41,098 nt of DNA from a virus (taxonomy: Duplodnaviria; Heunggongvirae; Uroviricota; Caudoviricetes), in the IMG/VR virus record IMGVR_UViG_3300034102_002845; one strand, given 5' to 3'. A program made the translations under genes and the position numbers. Below, in pieces: positions 25,965-34,450 of this stretch (position 1 is its first letter; each line of letters opens with the position of its first letter). The notes beneath the pieces are model-generated. The model was given only the letters and a program-made list of their open reading frames with translations. It ran no database searches and was not told the origin of the DNA.

Positions 25965-26280
25965 GGAAGAGTGTTGCCCCAAGGTCATTTCACATAACCC
26001 ACAACACTCTCCCTGTACATGACTTTACCCTGCCCTCTCCACGAAATTTTTATGTAAACTAGGGGGACCCACCCCCCTTGAGAACTTGCGGGCACTGAGT
26101 GGGGTGGGGTGGGTCCCCCCACTTTGAAATTTTTCCAGCTAAAACCCCCAGTAGTTTCACGCTTATTCGGCAGCTTCCAAATGGCCGACTAGTTTAGACA
26201 GGTACGCCGGGGTAACCTGTAAAGTCAATGTTAGGGGGGTACCCCCCACCCCTCAACATTGAAAAAATTTTTTCGAAGAA
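25965..26280. other. Non-coding region rich in inverted repeats (candidate origin or other cis site)
   Basis: gggggacccacccc/ggggtgggtccccc; tcaatgtt...ggggggtacccccc...aacattga; flanking A/T tracts. Confidence 0.45.
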
Positions 26281-26309
26281 TGCGAAGCATTATCTTCACC
26301 CTCGCAAAC

Positions 26310-26354
26310 GGACGGTTTCCACCCTTTGTTTCTGCGACGCAGAAACGGTATAAT
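26310..26354 (+). promoter_or_regulatory. Repeated composite promoter
   Basis: TTGTTT-17-TATAAT; GTTTCTGC-gac-GCAGAAAC. Confidence 0.85.
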
Positions 26355-26369
26355 AATAGTGTGTAAACG

Positions 26370-26615
26370 CTGACCCATGAAGAACCCCTCACTCAGTTTA
26401 AATATGCTTTTCAGTTTTGGGCTGCTGCTGTTTTTGGTGTGTATTCACAACACTTTTACGAGTGGAATGAGTGGTTGTTCCGCGATACAAGGTACACGCA
26501 AGAAAACCTTACGGGGCGGTTCTGGCAAGAGATCAATGACGGCTGGGATTGGATGCAACCTTATATGATTGAGCACCTTGCGGAATTTAACTCGTGGGAC
26601 GAACTCACCCCTTAG
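26370..26615 (+). CDS. 81-aa Trp-rich protein with non-canonical (CTG/ACG) start
   Basis: Frame LTHEEPLTQFKYAFQFW...WDELTP* fills the cassette better than the 26377 ORF. Confidence 0.5.
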   Translation: MTHEEPLTQFKYAFQFWAAAVFGVYSQHFYEWNEWLFRDTRYTQENLTGRFWQEINDGWDWMQPYMIEHLAEFNSWDELTP

Positions 26616-26635
26616 TCACCGTCAACCCTGAAAAC

Positions 26636-26679
26636 GGGCGGTTTCCCCCCTTGTCCCTGCTTAGCAGAAACGATATAGT
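26636..26679 (+). promoter_or_regulatory. Repeated composite promoter
   Basis: TTGTCC-17-TATAGT. Confidence 0.82.
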
Positions 26680-26707
26680 AATAGCATACAAACGCCAACC
26701 CCCCTAA

Positions 26708-26971
26708 ATGTCGGACTACAATACAGTCGAAACCAGCCCCGAAGTCTGGGCGGTCATTCGTGCTCGCCACCCTGAGCTTGTCCCGTTCAGCACCGCTTCC
26801 TTTGAGTGCGATATGTTTACCAGCTATGGTTTCCCTGGGTCTGACTTTCCAGTAATGGAAGCTCGAACTACGTGGGAGTTTAGCTCAGAAAGGCCAAGCC
26901 ACCGGGTCAACGAGCAGCATCGCTACTGGCTGTGCTTGCCCATTGAGCAAGACTGGGAGATCGGAACCTAA
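26708..26971 (+). CDS. Hypothetical protein
   Basis: ORF behind promoter element. Confidence 0.65.
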   Translation: MSDYNTVETSPEVWAVIRARHPELVPFSTASFECDMFTSYGFPGSDFPVMEARTTWEFSSERPSHRVNEQHRYWLCLPIEQDWEIGT

Positions 26972-27042
26972 GTTCCACAGCGAATCCCCACTAGTTAAGG
27001 CAACCTGAACATCCTTCCGCAACCCAACAACCCCTAAACCAA

Positions 27043-27333
27043 ATGTCAGACACTTGTCGTATATGGCCCGGAGTCTCCCATTATGATGGGGTCTTTGCCA
27101 CAACCGAAGTAGATAGGTTTGCCGACCGCCTCGAAGATGCTATCAGCTTAAACAACTTTAAAGAAGTTTGCGGTGCGCACTTATCGCGAGAAACCCTTTC
27201 AGTACTGTGCAGAAAAGTATCGCTCTTGCGTGAGGTTGCACGGGTAATGCGACACATTGATCACCTTTACACTAGCGACATAGACGAGCAAGATTTTGTA
27301 AAGGCTGTTGAACAACCTGAGGGCAATGACTGA
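27043..27333 (+). CDS. Hypothetical protein
   Basis: ORF track. Confidence 0.65.
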   Translation: MSDTCRIWPGVSHYDGVFATTEVDRFADRLEDAISLNNFKEVCGAHLSRETLSVLCRKVSLLREVARVMRHIDHLYTSDIDEQDFVKAVEQPEGND

Positions 27334-27463
27334 GGAACAATTTTACCTGCTGTGGGAGAAATTCGCCTATTCGACCCTGGTGGATTCCCTGCCCGACGAT
27401 GTTTCGCAAGAGTGCGAAAGACTCGGCATTTCCGTTGATTACTTCCTCTTCGAGTTTATCTAG
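27326..27463 (+). CDS. 45-aa protein (ISVDYFLFEF motif)
   Basis: Manual translation; motif shared with 20375-20557. Confidence 0.6.
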   Translation: MTEEQFYLLWEKFAYSTLVDSLPDDVSQECERLGISVDYFLFEFI

Positions 27464-27489
27464 TAGAAACTTTGTCAAAAGGTTGGGTG

Positions 27490-27553
27490 GGCGGTTAACC
27501 GCTCGCTCTGGGACGGTTTACCCCTTGTTTCTGCCCCGCAGAAGCGGTATAGT
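27490..27553 (+). promoter_or_regulatory. Repeated composite promoter (double box)
   Basis: Perfect palindrome GCGGTTAACCGC plus CGGTTTACCC; TTGTTT-17-TATAGT. Confidence 0.87.
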
Positions 27554-27576
27554 AGTTACAGCGAACTTCACCAACC

Positions 27577-27852
27577 ATGGCCACCTCAACTGCCCAATCC
27601 ATTTACTCTGTCGAGGAGCAGCAAGCCGTTTGGCTTTTTGCTAACGAAAAAGAAGCCGTGGCTTTTGACAGTGAGAGGGCCGAAGATCACCGCTGGTCAA
27701 AAGTTGCCCTTTTCAAGGGCCGCACATTCAGCTCAGCCGATCCCAACCGCCCCACTGAGTCGGGGCCTGGCCAAGAGGGCTGCGAAGAGATCCAGCAGCA
27801 CTGCCGCGAGTGGTGGCGTTCGCATGACGCATGGTGGAAGGCAGATTCCTAA
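27577..27852 (+). CDS. Hypothetical protein
   Basis: ORF behind promoter element. Confidence 0.65.
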   Translation: MATSTAQSIYSVEEQQAVWLFANEKEAVAFDSERAEDHRWSKVALFKGRTFSSADPNRPTESGPGQEGCEEIQQHCREWWRSHDAWWKADS

Positions 27853-27889
27853 CCCCCCGTTGGGGCTTCCCGGCAGCAATCCACCACCA

Positions 27890-28423
27890 ATGACACCCTC
27901 AGATTTAATCGCCATGCCTGCCACTATTCCCGCCATCACTGGCCAGCCGACCCATGAGTTTAACTTTGATCACTGCGTCTACCGGGAGTTCTGGGCTGGA
28001 GAGTACCCTTACTCTAGTCATTGCCGCGCTCAGTTATTGGGACTAGACGGAACAGTTGTAAGAGAGTTTCATTTCTCAACGACCTTCAATCGGCTCCCGA
28101 CCGATGCCGATCGGTGCAAATGGTGGGCCAGGGATTACATACCAGCCGATGCCACCATTGATACTGTCGTGGACATGTGGACGCGCCGAGGAAAGACCGC
28201 TGAAGAACTGATGGCGACCTTAGGTAAAGCCGTAGAAGCAAAAAGAGCAGCAATATCCAGAGACAAAAGACCGCTGTTTTTGTACAAAGGCAATGCTTTA
28301 CGCAAAGAATGGCGTAAGATTTACGAAGAAAAGAAAGAGTGCAGAAGGTTTTTGGCACATCAGGGCCATTTGCTACAGCAGTTTTTGACAGGTGGCAAGA
28401 ATTATTTGCCTGGGAGCTTTTGA
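27890..28423 (+). CDS. Hypothetical protein
   Basis: 3' part of the 261-aa ORF; ATG 27890 or 27914. Confidence 0.6.
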   Translation: MTPSDLIAMPATIPAITGQPTHEFNFDHCVYREFWAGEYPYSSHCRAQLLGLDGTVVREFHFSTTFNRLPTDADRCKWWARDYIPADATIDTVVDMWTRRGKTAEELMATLGKAVEAKRAAISRDKRPLFLYKGNALRKEWRKIYEEKKECRRFLAHQGHLLQQFLTGGKNYLPGSF

Positions 28424-28495
28424 CCCCAACCCCTGGCTAACCCCCAACCCGCCAGGCGCCGTGAGCTTGGCATCCAATCCCATTGCATCTCAACC

Positions 28496-28684
28496 GTGGC
28501 CCAGCCCAGCCCCACCGTTGCCGACATCCTGGCCAGCACGTGGCTTGGCGGCGATCTCCATGAATGGAACACCGACGCTGCCGTGATCCGCATCACCCGA
28601 TCCGAACTCCGCTCGGCCCTTGAGAATGCCTACGACTCACTGATGCCCAACTGGCCCGCCATGGTGGAGATTGACGATGCCTGA
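28496..28684 (+). CDS. Hypothetical protein, paralogous to the C-terminus of 30627-31061
   Basis: ITRSELRSALENAYD...W...VEIDD versus VTREELRRAFEDAYD...W...VKIDD. Confidence 0.65.
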   Translation: MAQPSPTVADILASTWLGGDLHEWNTDAAVIRITRSELRSALENAYDSLMPNWPAMVEIDDA

Positions 28685-28955
28685 CCCCACCATGACCACA
28701 CCATCCGAACTGTTTACGCACCCACGCCCGCGCTGTATCGTCACAACTGTCTACAGCGATCCCGCTGTCAGCTTGACCGTTCAGGCATGGCGCCGCGAGC
28801 TATGCTCTTACTACCTGCTATTTCGGATAGCAAATCAGTATTCATTGACCCTTAACGAAACTGCGGTTTTTTATTTTTTTCCGCAGATTTCCAGACTGGT
28901 ATATTCAGCCTCCAGGAGGCTGGGCCAAGCACACTTGGAACCCCGCCACCGATAA
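28671..28955 (+). CDS. Hypothetical protein
   Basis: ORF track. Confidence 0.45.
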   Translation: MTMPDPTMTTPSELFTHPRPRCIVTTVYSDPAVSLTVQAWRRELCSYYLLFRIANQYSLTLNETAVFYFFPQISRLVYSASRRLGQAHLEPRHR

Positions 28956-29014
28956 GCGGGTGTCGGCACAAGCGCTCGCCGCCGTAGAGGCTTGGCTGGC
29001 CGAGCAAGAGGCCA

Positions 29015-29233
29015 ATGCCTGACCCTACCTGGCGCGACCACTGCCGCCCAATCATTACCGCCGTGATCCAGCGGGTCGGCACCGAGGACCGCAAAACACT
29101 GCAGCTGGCTCTGGACGCTGCCTACCCCCGCGACCGTGGCCGCGTTTGCTGCGTGACAGGCAGGGACGACGCCTACGATGTCTGGTGCGATGAGGTCAGG
29201 CGCCAGCAGCTCTCGCTTCTGGAGGCCGAATGA
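29015..29233 (+). CDS. Hypothetical protein
   Basis: ORF track; GC-rich. Confidence 0.6.
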   Translation: MPDPTWRDHCRPIITAVIQRVGTEDRKTLQLALDAAYPRDRGRVCCVTGRDDAYDVWCDEVRRQQLSLLEAE

Positions 29234-29301
29234 CACCTGGTCCTACCGGTGCCGATCTCCAGCGTCGGTGCCACGCCAGGGATTAGTGGGTCGTGGTCTA
29301 A

Positions 29302-29366
29302 GGGCGGTTTCCCGTTTGCCCTGGGGCGGTTTACCCCTTGTTTCTGCCCCGCAGAAACGGTATAGT
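29302..29366 (+). promoter_or_regulatory. Repeated composite promoter (double box)
   Basis: TTGTTT-17-TATAGT; GTTTCTGC-ccc-GCAGAAAC. Confidence 0.87.
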
Positions 29367-29431
29367 AGTTACAGCGAGTCAGTTCAGCACTGGCTCAATC
29401 GCGATTTCTAACCCGACCCTTTACTCTGAAA

Positions 29432-29650
29432 ATGGCAACCACCTACATCAACAAAGCTCAACGCCAGACCTTGATTGATCAGTTCATGGAGTGTTGGTTT
29501 GACACTGAGAGTTATTCCACCGAAGACGCCGCAGAGGAAGAGGGTCGAGAAATGCGTGCTGAACTAGAATCCCTGAACAACAGCCAACTTATGGCTGAAA
29601 TTAAGAAAAGTGAATGGTCGATCTTCACGTTAAACGGTTGTTCCATCTAA
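29432..29650 (+). CDS. Hypothetical protein
   Basis: ORF behind promoter element. Confidence 0.65.
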   Translation: MATTYINKAQRQTLIDQFMECWFDTESYSTEDAAEEEGREMRAELESLNNSQLMAEIKKSEWSIFTLNGCSI

Positions 29651-29745
29651 GGCGGCTCCCCCGTCTCACCTTTCCCCGTGAAACACCCTAAAGTAAGTAA
29701 TGTGAACTTGACCATCCACCCCTCCACCCATCCCCATTAAACACC

Positions 29746-30189
29746 ATGCCAGCCAACGAAACTCAGGTAACACCAGTTCCACACCTTTGGGAAGTCAGTC
29801 ACCCTTACTACTGTAACTTAAGTAACTACTACGCCCCTGGTGGCGCTAAAGGTTACCGAGAGTACAAGTCCATAGCTGACTTCCTGGTTCAAGAAGGCGA
29901 TAGCGACATGGACTACAACCTTGTGTTCCGCTGGGATTGGGTAGAGGATCACGACGAGGACTCCGAAGGGGCGCCATTTCCGCACGTGGGCGATGATAAT
30001 TACCGCAACGGTAAGCTGTTCCTCTTCATTATGCAGCAACGCAGAGGCTTATACGAGTGGATTGAGATTGAAGTTTGTAGGGCTGACGAGCCCGCTGTTA
30101 TCGCCTACCTGACTCCCAGGTGGGAACACATGAAAGCACTGTGGGAGCCACTTGGCGCTAATTCTGTTCTAACCGCTTCCAGAAATTGA
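29746..30189 (+). CDS. Hypothetical phage protein
   Basis: ORF track (HPYYC, DMDYNLVFRWDW). Confidence 0.7.
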   Translation: MPANETQVTPVPHLWEVSHPYYCNLSNYYAPGGAKGYREYKSIADFLVQEGDSDMDYNLVFRWDWVEDHDEDSEGAPFPHVGDDNYRNGKLFLFIMQQRRGLYEWIEIEVCRADEPAVIAYLTPRWEHMKALWEPLGANSVLTASRN

Positions 30190-30199
30190 GTCTTGTGTG

Positions 30200-30265
30200 G
30201 GGCGGTTTCCCGTTTGCCCTAGGACGGTTTACCTCCCTGTTTCTGCAGGGCAGAAACGGTATAAT
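30200..30265 (+). promoter_or_regulatory. Repeated composite promoter (double box)
   Basis: CTGTTT-17-TATAAT; GTTTCTGC-agg-GCAGAAAC. Confidence 0.85.
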
Positions 30266-30289
30266 AAATACAGCGAAACGACCCCGGCA

Positions 30290-30586
30290 GTGACCACCCT
30301 CCAAAATCTGAGCCACGACGACACTCACAACCGTCCGACCCAGTACGAAATCGTGGTGATTATCGACGGGGAGAGGGTTCTCGGTGGCTACTCGGCACGG
30401 AAAACAAAGAAGGCTCTGCTCACCGTCGCACTCGACAACGACGATGTCCGCAACCAAATGCTCGCAGCTCTTCCCGCCGACGACGCCTCAACCCCAACCT
30501 ACACCGCTCGCAACGGGTGGGTTCTGGGCAACTCCGTCATTCGCTGGTCCGGTGGCACACTCCGTCACCCTGCCCTTGATTCTTGA
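30290..30586 (+). CDS. Hypothetical protein
   Basis: GTG 30290 lies downstream of the promoter element. Confidence 0.6.
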   Translation: MTTLQNLSHDDTHNRPTQYEIVVIIDGERVLGGYSARKTKKALLTVALDNDDVRNQMLAALPADDASTPTYTARNGWVLGNSVIRWSGGTLRHPALDS

Positions 30587-30626
30587 CACAACCGCTTTAA
30601 CTCGTTAGAGCCCATTTCCAACTACA

Positions 30627-31061
30627 ATGATTGAAGAAGCACTAGCTAGTTTAGACTGGGCACCATCCGGTTCCAAGTACATACTGGTCTCAGACAACTC
30701 TGACGGTAGCCGACTGCCGTACATTGGCCCTTTCTCTTCACTCGCAGCCGCGTCCGATTGGCGCAGCGATGCGGAGAGGCAAGGGGTCATTTACGCAAAT
30801 CGCTACCACTTGAAAGCTCTACAGGAGCCCCAGCCCTTGGCAGCATCGCAGGCACTGTCCAACTCTGCCGTCACTGACCTGCTCGACTACACCGACATCG
30901 GGCACGGTTACCACACCTGGCTCACGGATGATGGTCCCGTCACGGTCACTCGGGAAGAACTGCGGCGAGCTTTCGAAGACGCCTACGACCCGAACGAGCC
31001 GGACTGGGCGATGAGAGTGAAAATTGACGACTCTACTTGTCCATTACGTTTGCTGCCTTGA
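30627..31061 (+). CDS. Hypothetical two-module protein
   Basis: ORF track; C-terminal paralogy with 28496-28684. Confidence 0.65.
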   Translation: MIEEALASLDWAPSGSKYILVSDNSDGSRLPYIGPFSSLAAASDWRSDAERQGVIYANRYHLKALQEPQPLAASQALSNSAVTDLLDYTDIGHGYHTWLTDDGPVTVTREELRRAFEDAYDPNEPDWAMRVKIDDSTCPLRLLP

Positions 31062-31067
31062 ACTAGC

Positions 31068-31271
31068 ATGGAAATCAACCTACCCTACGTTCCCTTCCTA
31101 TCCTCCGTCGTCCCGTTTAAGGGGAGGGTCTATCGCCCCAGGGGGCACTTTATTCAATTGCAAGTTATCGGCCCCATCTGGTGGGCTGGCGGGTACTGCT
31201 CGTCTCCCGAAATTGCTCGTGTAATTAGTGACCGTTTAAACGCCGCTTCCAAATCGACCCATACGTCCTGA
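31068..31271 (+). CDS. Hypothetical protein
   Basis: ORF track. Confidence 0.5.
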   Translation: MEINLPYVPFLSSVVPFKGRVYRPRGHFIQLQVIGPIWWAGGYCSSPEIARVISDRLNAASKSTHTS

Positions 31272-31293
31272 GTCAACCGTACGAAGACCAGTA

Positions 31294-31336
31294 GGGCGGT
31301 TTCCCCCTTGTTTCTGCAGCGCAGAAACGGTATACT
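31294..31336 (+). promoter_or_regulatory. Repeated composite promoter
   Basis: TTGTTT-17-TATACT; GTTTCTGC-agc-GCAGAAAC. Confidence 0.85.
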
Positions 31337-31361
31337 AAGTGAGTTAAAGGGCACCCCCACA

Positions 31362-31718
31362 ATGACAGTCTCTGCTTCCTTGCTACTTTCAATACTATGT
31401 AAAGCCAAGGAGCTTGATGTTCGGGTAGTGTTTGATACCCGTGAGGAGTTCGGACGCTACAACGTAAACTTTTACTTCCCGGATCGCTACACTGTCGATA
31501 AATGCTCCCTGAATCTCTTTAGTGAGAACATAGGGGAGGTAACCTTTGAGCAGGTGGCAGAAAGCCTCCTTTTAAGAGAAGCTTCGCTGAGGCAAATAGA
31601 GCTGGACAGACAAGACAGCGAGAGGAAAGAGCTTCTGGAGCGGTTAAACCTATCCGACAAAGACAAGGAGTTACTTGGGTTGCAATCCTTGCCTGGCCAT
31701 GTGCATCCATGGAACTGA
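31362..31718 (+). CDS. Hypothetical protein
   Basis: ATG 31362 behind the promoter element. Confidence 0.65.
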   Translation: MTVSASLLLSILCKAKELDVRVVFDTREEFGRYNVNFYFPDRYTVDKCSLNLFSENIGEVTFEQVAESLLLREASLRQIELDRQDSERKELLERLNLSDKDKELLGLQSLPGHVHPWN

Positions 31719-31746
31719 CCAGATCGCTCTCTGAATATAGAAAACC

Positions 31747-31926
31747 ATGAGCACCCCCGAGAGCCCCGACACCCTGGCAATTCGTATTGCCATCATTGAC
31801 CGCGACGCCCTGAACGAGGCCGTTGATGGTGCCTTCAGGGCCCTGGCGCTACTCAAATCGCCCGAACCATTGGCGCCGGATCAGCTAGACGGCAGGGGCG
31901 GTTTCCCGCCTTACCCTCGCAGCTAA
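31747..31926 (+). CDS. GC-rich short ORF that terminates inside the next promoter element
   Basis: MSTPESPDTLAIRIAII...GRGGFPPYPRS*. Confidence 0.5.
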   Translation: MSTPESPDTLAIRIAIIDRDALNEAVDGAFRALALLKSPEPLAPDQLDGRGGFPPYPRS

Positions 31927-31939
31927 ACCACGCTATAGT
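31896..31939 (+). promoter_or_regulatory. Repeated composite promoter (variant without spacer palindrome)
   Basis: CGGTTTCCCG; TTACCC-17-TATAGT. Confidence 0.7.
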
Positions 31940-31971
31940 AGTTACGGTGAATCGACCCCATCCTGAATCTT

Positions 31972-32736
31972 GTGAAAAACCTTTTAATCGAAGAAATCAA
32001 GCTCACCATGGTGAAGATCCCGGCGGGCAGCTTTTTGATGGGTTCTCCTGAGAACGAGCCAGAGCGATTCGACGATGAAGGCCCCCAGCACGAGGTGAAG
32101 CTGGGCGCCTTCTTCATGGCCCAGACACCGATCACCCAGGCCCAGTGGCTGGCGGTGGCAGCTTGGCCGAAGCTGGAGCGCGACCTGGAGCCCGATCCTT
32201 CGAATTTCAAGGGTGCAAACCGCCCGGTGGAGCAGGTGAACTGGTTTGATGCGGTTGAGTTCTGCCGCCGGCTGAGCCAGCGCACGGGCCAGCGTTACGG
32301 ACTGCCGAGTGAGGCCCAGTGGGAATATGCCTGTCGCGCAGGCAGCACCACGCCGTTTCATTTCGGGGCCACGCTCACGCCGGATCTGGCCAACTACAAC
32401 GGTAAGTACGTTTATGGAAATGGCCCCAAGGGCACTTATCGCGAGCAGACTGTCGAGGTGGCCAGCTTTCCGGCCAATGGCTGGGGCCTGCACGATATGC
32501 ACGGCAATGTGAGGGAGTGGTGCGAAGACCACTGGCATGACAGTTACAACTTCGCCCCAGGCAATGATCAGCCCTGGTTGATTCCTGCCGCCGCTGATGA
32601 CGAACCAAGGCTGCTGCGCGGCGGGTCGTGGGGCGGCAGCCCCGCGGCCTGCCGCTCGGCCTGCCGCAACCTCAGCCTCCCGGTCGACCGCTTCAGCCGC
32701 ATCGGTTTCCGCGTCTGTTGCCTCCCCCAGGACTAA
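31972..32736 (+). CDS. FGE-sulfatase (SUMF1/CLec-fold) domain protein with DGR-like variable C-terminus
   Basis: IPAGSFLMGS, LPSEAQWEYACRAG, NGWGLHDMHGNVREWC and RGGSW...GFRV motifs. Confidence 0.92.
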   Translation: MKNLLIEEIKLTMVKIPAGSFLMGSPENEPERFDDEGPQHEVKLGAFFMAQTPITQAQWLAVAAWPKLERDLEPDPSNFKGANRPVEQVNWFDAVEFCRRLSQRTGQRYGLPSEAQWEYACRAGSTTPFHFGATLTPDLANYNGKYVYGNGPKGTYREQTVEVASFPANGWGLHDMHGNVREWCEDHWHDSYNFAPGNDQPWLIPAAADDEPRLLRGGSWGGSPAACRSACRNLSLPVDRFSRIGFRVCCLPQD

Positions 32737-32794
32737 TTCTTTAGCCTTTATCTCTTTATTTCTTTACATTTTAGCTGTTGGCTGTGTGACGTTG

Positions 32795-32857
32795 GGCGGC
32801 TTTCCGCCCCCTGTGAACCGGTCCCCCCTTGTTTCTGCTCGGCAGAAACGGTATACT
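32795..32857 (+). promoter_or_regulatory. Repeated composite promoter (double box)
   Basis: TTGTTT-17-TATACT; GTTTCTGC-tcg-GCAGAAAC. Confidence 0.85.
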
Positions 32858-32881
32858 AAATGAGTTGAAAGGCACTCCCCA

Positions 32882-33229
32882 ATGACCTCACCCACAAAGT
32901 CTCTCCGCCCAACCATCGCCAACTTGGCCGCAGGTCAAATTGTACGCGCTGGATACAGTTACCATGGCGACACATCCGGGGTCGTCAAATACCGTTTCAT
33001 AGGCTTCAGGTACAACGACACATGGTTCAGCAACTTAAGGGATCTTAAGAATTTCATGGGTGCCACGACTCTTGCGAGCCTAGAACAAGCAGCCGAACGC
33101 AGGGGCACGGAGTCAATACATGCTGGGTTCAAGAGTGAGCAAGGTGAGTACCAGTGGGAAGCCTACCTCTGGAACGGTGCCTTCCAAGTTGGAACGAGTG
33201 CCGATCGCCTTGTGCTCAGGGCTGCCTAA
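32882..33229 (+). CDS. Hypothetical protein
   Basis: ORF behind promoter element. Confidence 0.7.
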   Translation: MTSPTKSLRPTIANLAAGQIVRAGYSYHGDTSGVVKYRFIGFRYNDTWFSNLRDLKNFMGATTLASLEQAAERRGTESIHAGFKSEQGEYQWEAYLWNGAFQVGTSADRLVLRAA

Positions 33230-33255
33230 CCCCCTTATCTTTGACCTTTGCTATT

Positions 33256-33453
33256 ATGGAACCAACCACTTTCCCCCACCGTGTGTGCAGCAGCTCTGGC
33301 CCCGAGTACGTTGTCCTTGCCCTGTTTCTGAACCGACGACTGGCCTACCGGTTTCGTGACACTCTTTGCTCAGACCATCCCGCTTGGGTAGCTAATCCGC
33401 CCATCTGGGTCGAGACCCTGACTCCGGAAGGGTGGTTGCGTGACCCTGACTGA
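33256..33453 (+). CDS. Hypothetical protein
   Basis: ATG 33256 preferred. Confidence 0.5.
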   Translation: MEPTTFPHRVCSSSGPEYVVLALFLNRRLAYRFRDTLCSDHPAWVANPPIWVETLTPEGWLRDPD

Positions 33454-33459
33454 CAAGTT

Positions 33460-33491
33460 CCCTCAGCAAACCCTCAGCAAACCCTCAGCAA
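33460..33491 (+). repeat. 3x 11-nt tandem repeat CCCTCAGCAAA
   Basis: Read directly; lies just before ATG 33496. Confidence 0.85.
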
Positions 33492-33495
33492 CCTT

Positions 33496-33762
33496 ATGGG
33501 CAATTCAGGCAGGTCCGTCTACGGCGATCCCTTTGTACCAAGCACCTATAACTGGGTCAGGGAAGGGGAAGTAGCTGTTGTAACTTACGGAGACACCGAC
33601 GGCACATGGTTTAGCATTCGCTACACCAAGGGGGCACTCCGACAGGCTCTCGTAGAGATTGAAAACAACTGGCTTCGGGGCAGTTCGTGGTTCTCCTGTG
33701 AACAGTCCTACGAATCCCTCAGAGCTTACTACCTGGCTGGCGGACAACTCTTTTCCTGGTAG
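33496..33762 (+). CDS. Hypothetical protein
   Basis: ORF track. Confidence 0.65.
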   Translation: MGNSGRSVYGDPFVPSTYNWVREGEVAVVTYGDTDGTWFSIRYTKGALRQALVEIENNWLRGSSWFSCEQSYESLRAYYLAGGQLFSW

Positions 33763-33782
33763 CATCTCCGCTTTGGCTAGGA

Positions 33783-33846
33783 CCGGATAACCGTTTGCTT
33801 AAGGGCGGTTTCCCGGCTTGGTTTCTCGAAGGAAAACCGGTATAGT
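33783..33846 (+). promoter_or_regulatory. Repeated composite promoter (double box)
   Basis: CGGATAACCG plus CGGTTTCCCG; TTGGTT-17-TATAGT. Confidence 0.85.
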
Positions 33847-33871
33847 GATTACAGTTCACTTCAACTCTCCT

Positions 33872-34180
33872 ATGCAAAACCCCTTCTCACCTGCAGCGGA
33901 AATCCTCGGACTCGACATTAACCCACTAGACACGATCCACCACGAAGGCCTAGTTTACACAGAGGTACGAGGGTGCGACAAATGGCTCGTACAGGGTTCC
34001 GAACCGAACCAGTTCTACGTTTCTAATGCGTTGGGGGTCCGTCGTTCGCAGATACGAGAGGACCCTACTGACGCGGTTCTCGACTTACTGAAGCTAGACC
34101 CAACGTTGTTAGGCCGCCAAGTAAGGTCTCCCCGGTTGTTCAAAAATGCGCTAGTGCAACACTTTCTTCCCCCGTACTAG
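33872..34180 (+). CDS. Hypothetical protein
   Basis: ATG 33872 behind the promoter element. Confidence 0.65.
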   Translation: MQNPFSPAAEILGLDINPLDTIHHEGLVYTEVRGCDKWLVQGSEPNQFYVSNALGVRRSQIREDPTDAVLDLLKLDPTLLGRQVRSPRLFKNALVQHFLPPY

Positions 34181-34218
34181 TCCTGGCCCTGAAAACCTTC
34201 AACTTATCCCATCCGACT

Positions 34219-34437
34219 ATGACTTTCGACTCAAAGACACCCTTTGATATTACGGTAGAGCTCTCAAAAGAGCAGATTGAGCATATTGTCTAGGAAGCAA
34301 TGCTCGAAAAGTTCCGAGACTACAACGTTGCAAAAGTTTCATTTGTGATCGGAACTGAGGAGGACCAAAGGGGGTATACCACCGGTCACTACCTTCGAAC
34401 TGCAAAAGTTTCTCTGAGTAATAAAGCGGTAAAATGA
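34219..34437 (+). pseudogene. Paralog of 38784-39020 and 39017-39226 interrupted by an in-frame TAG (34291-34293)
   Basis: ITVELSKEQIEHIV*EAMLEKFRDYNVAKVSF aligns with VRVNLTKAQIEALIKQEVGRSFPNFSADEISF. Confidence 0.65.
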
Positions 34438-34450
34438 CAATCCTTGCAAA

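Noticed and set aside
26024-26030. Minus-strand GGGTAAA as promoter of 24860-25942
   Set aside because: It is 88 nt from the ATG, outside the 29-35 nt spacing of the other copies; left unassigned.
31972-32860. Complete DGR in this window
   Set aside because: No reverse transcriptase, Avd or template repeat was found. The GC hairpin at 32794-32810 is explained as the distal promoter box.
7573-34293. Genome-wide TAG reassignment (code 15)
   Set aside because: Only two in-frame TAGs were seen. nadA ends at TAG at its normal C-terminus and long genes are open under code 11.
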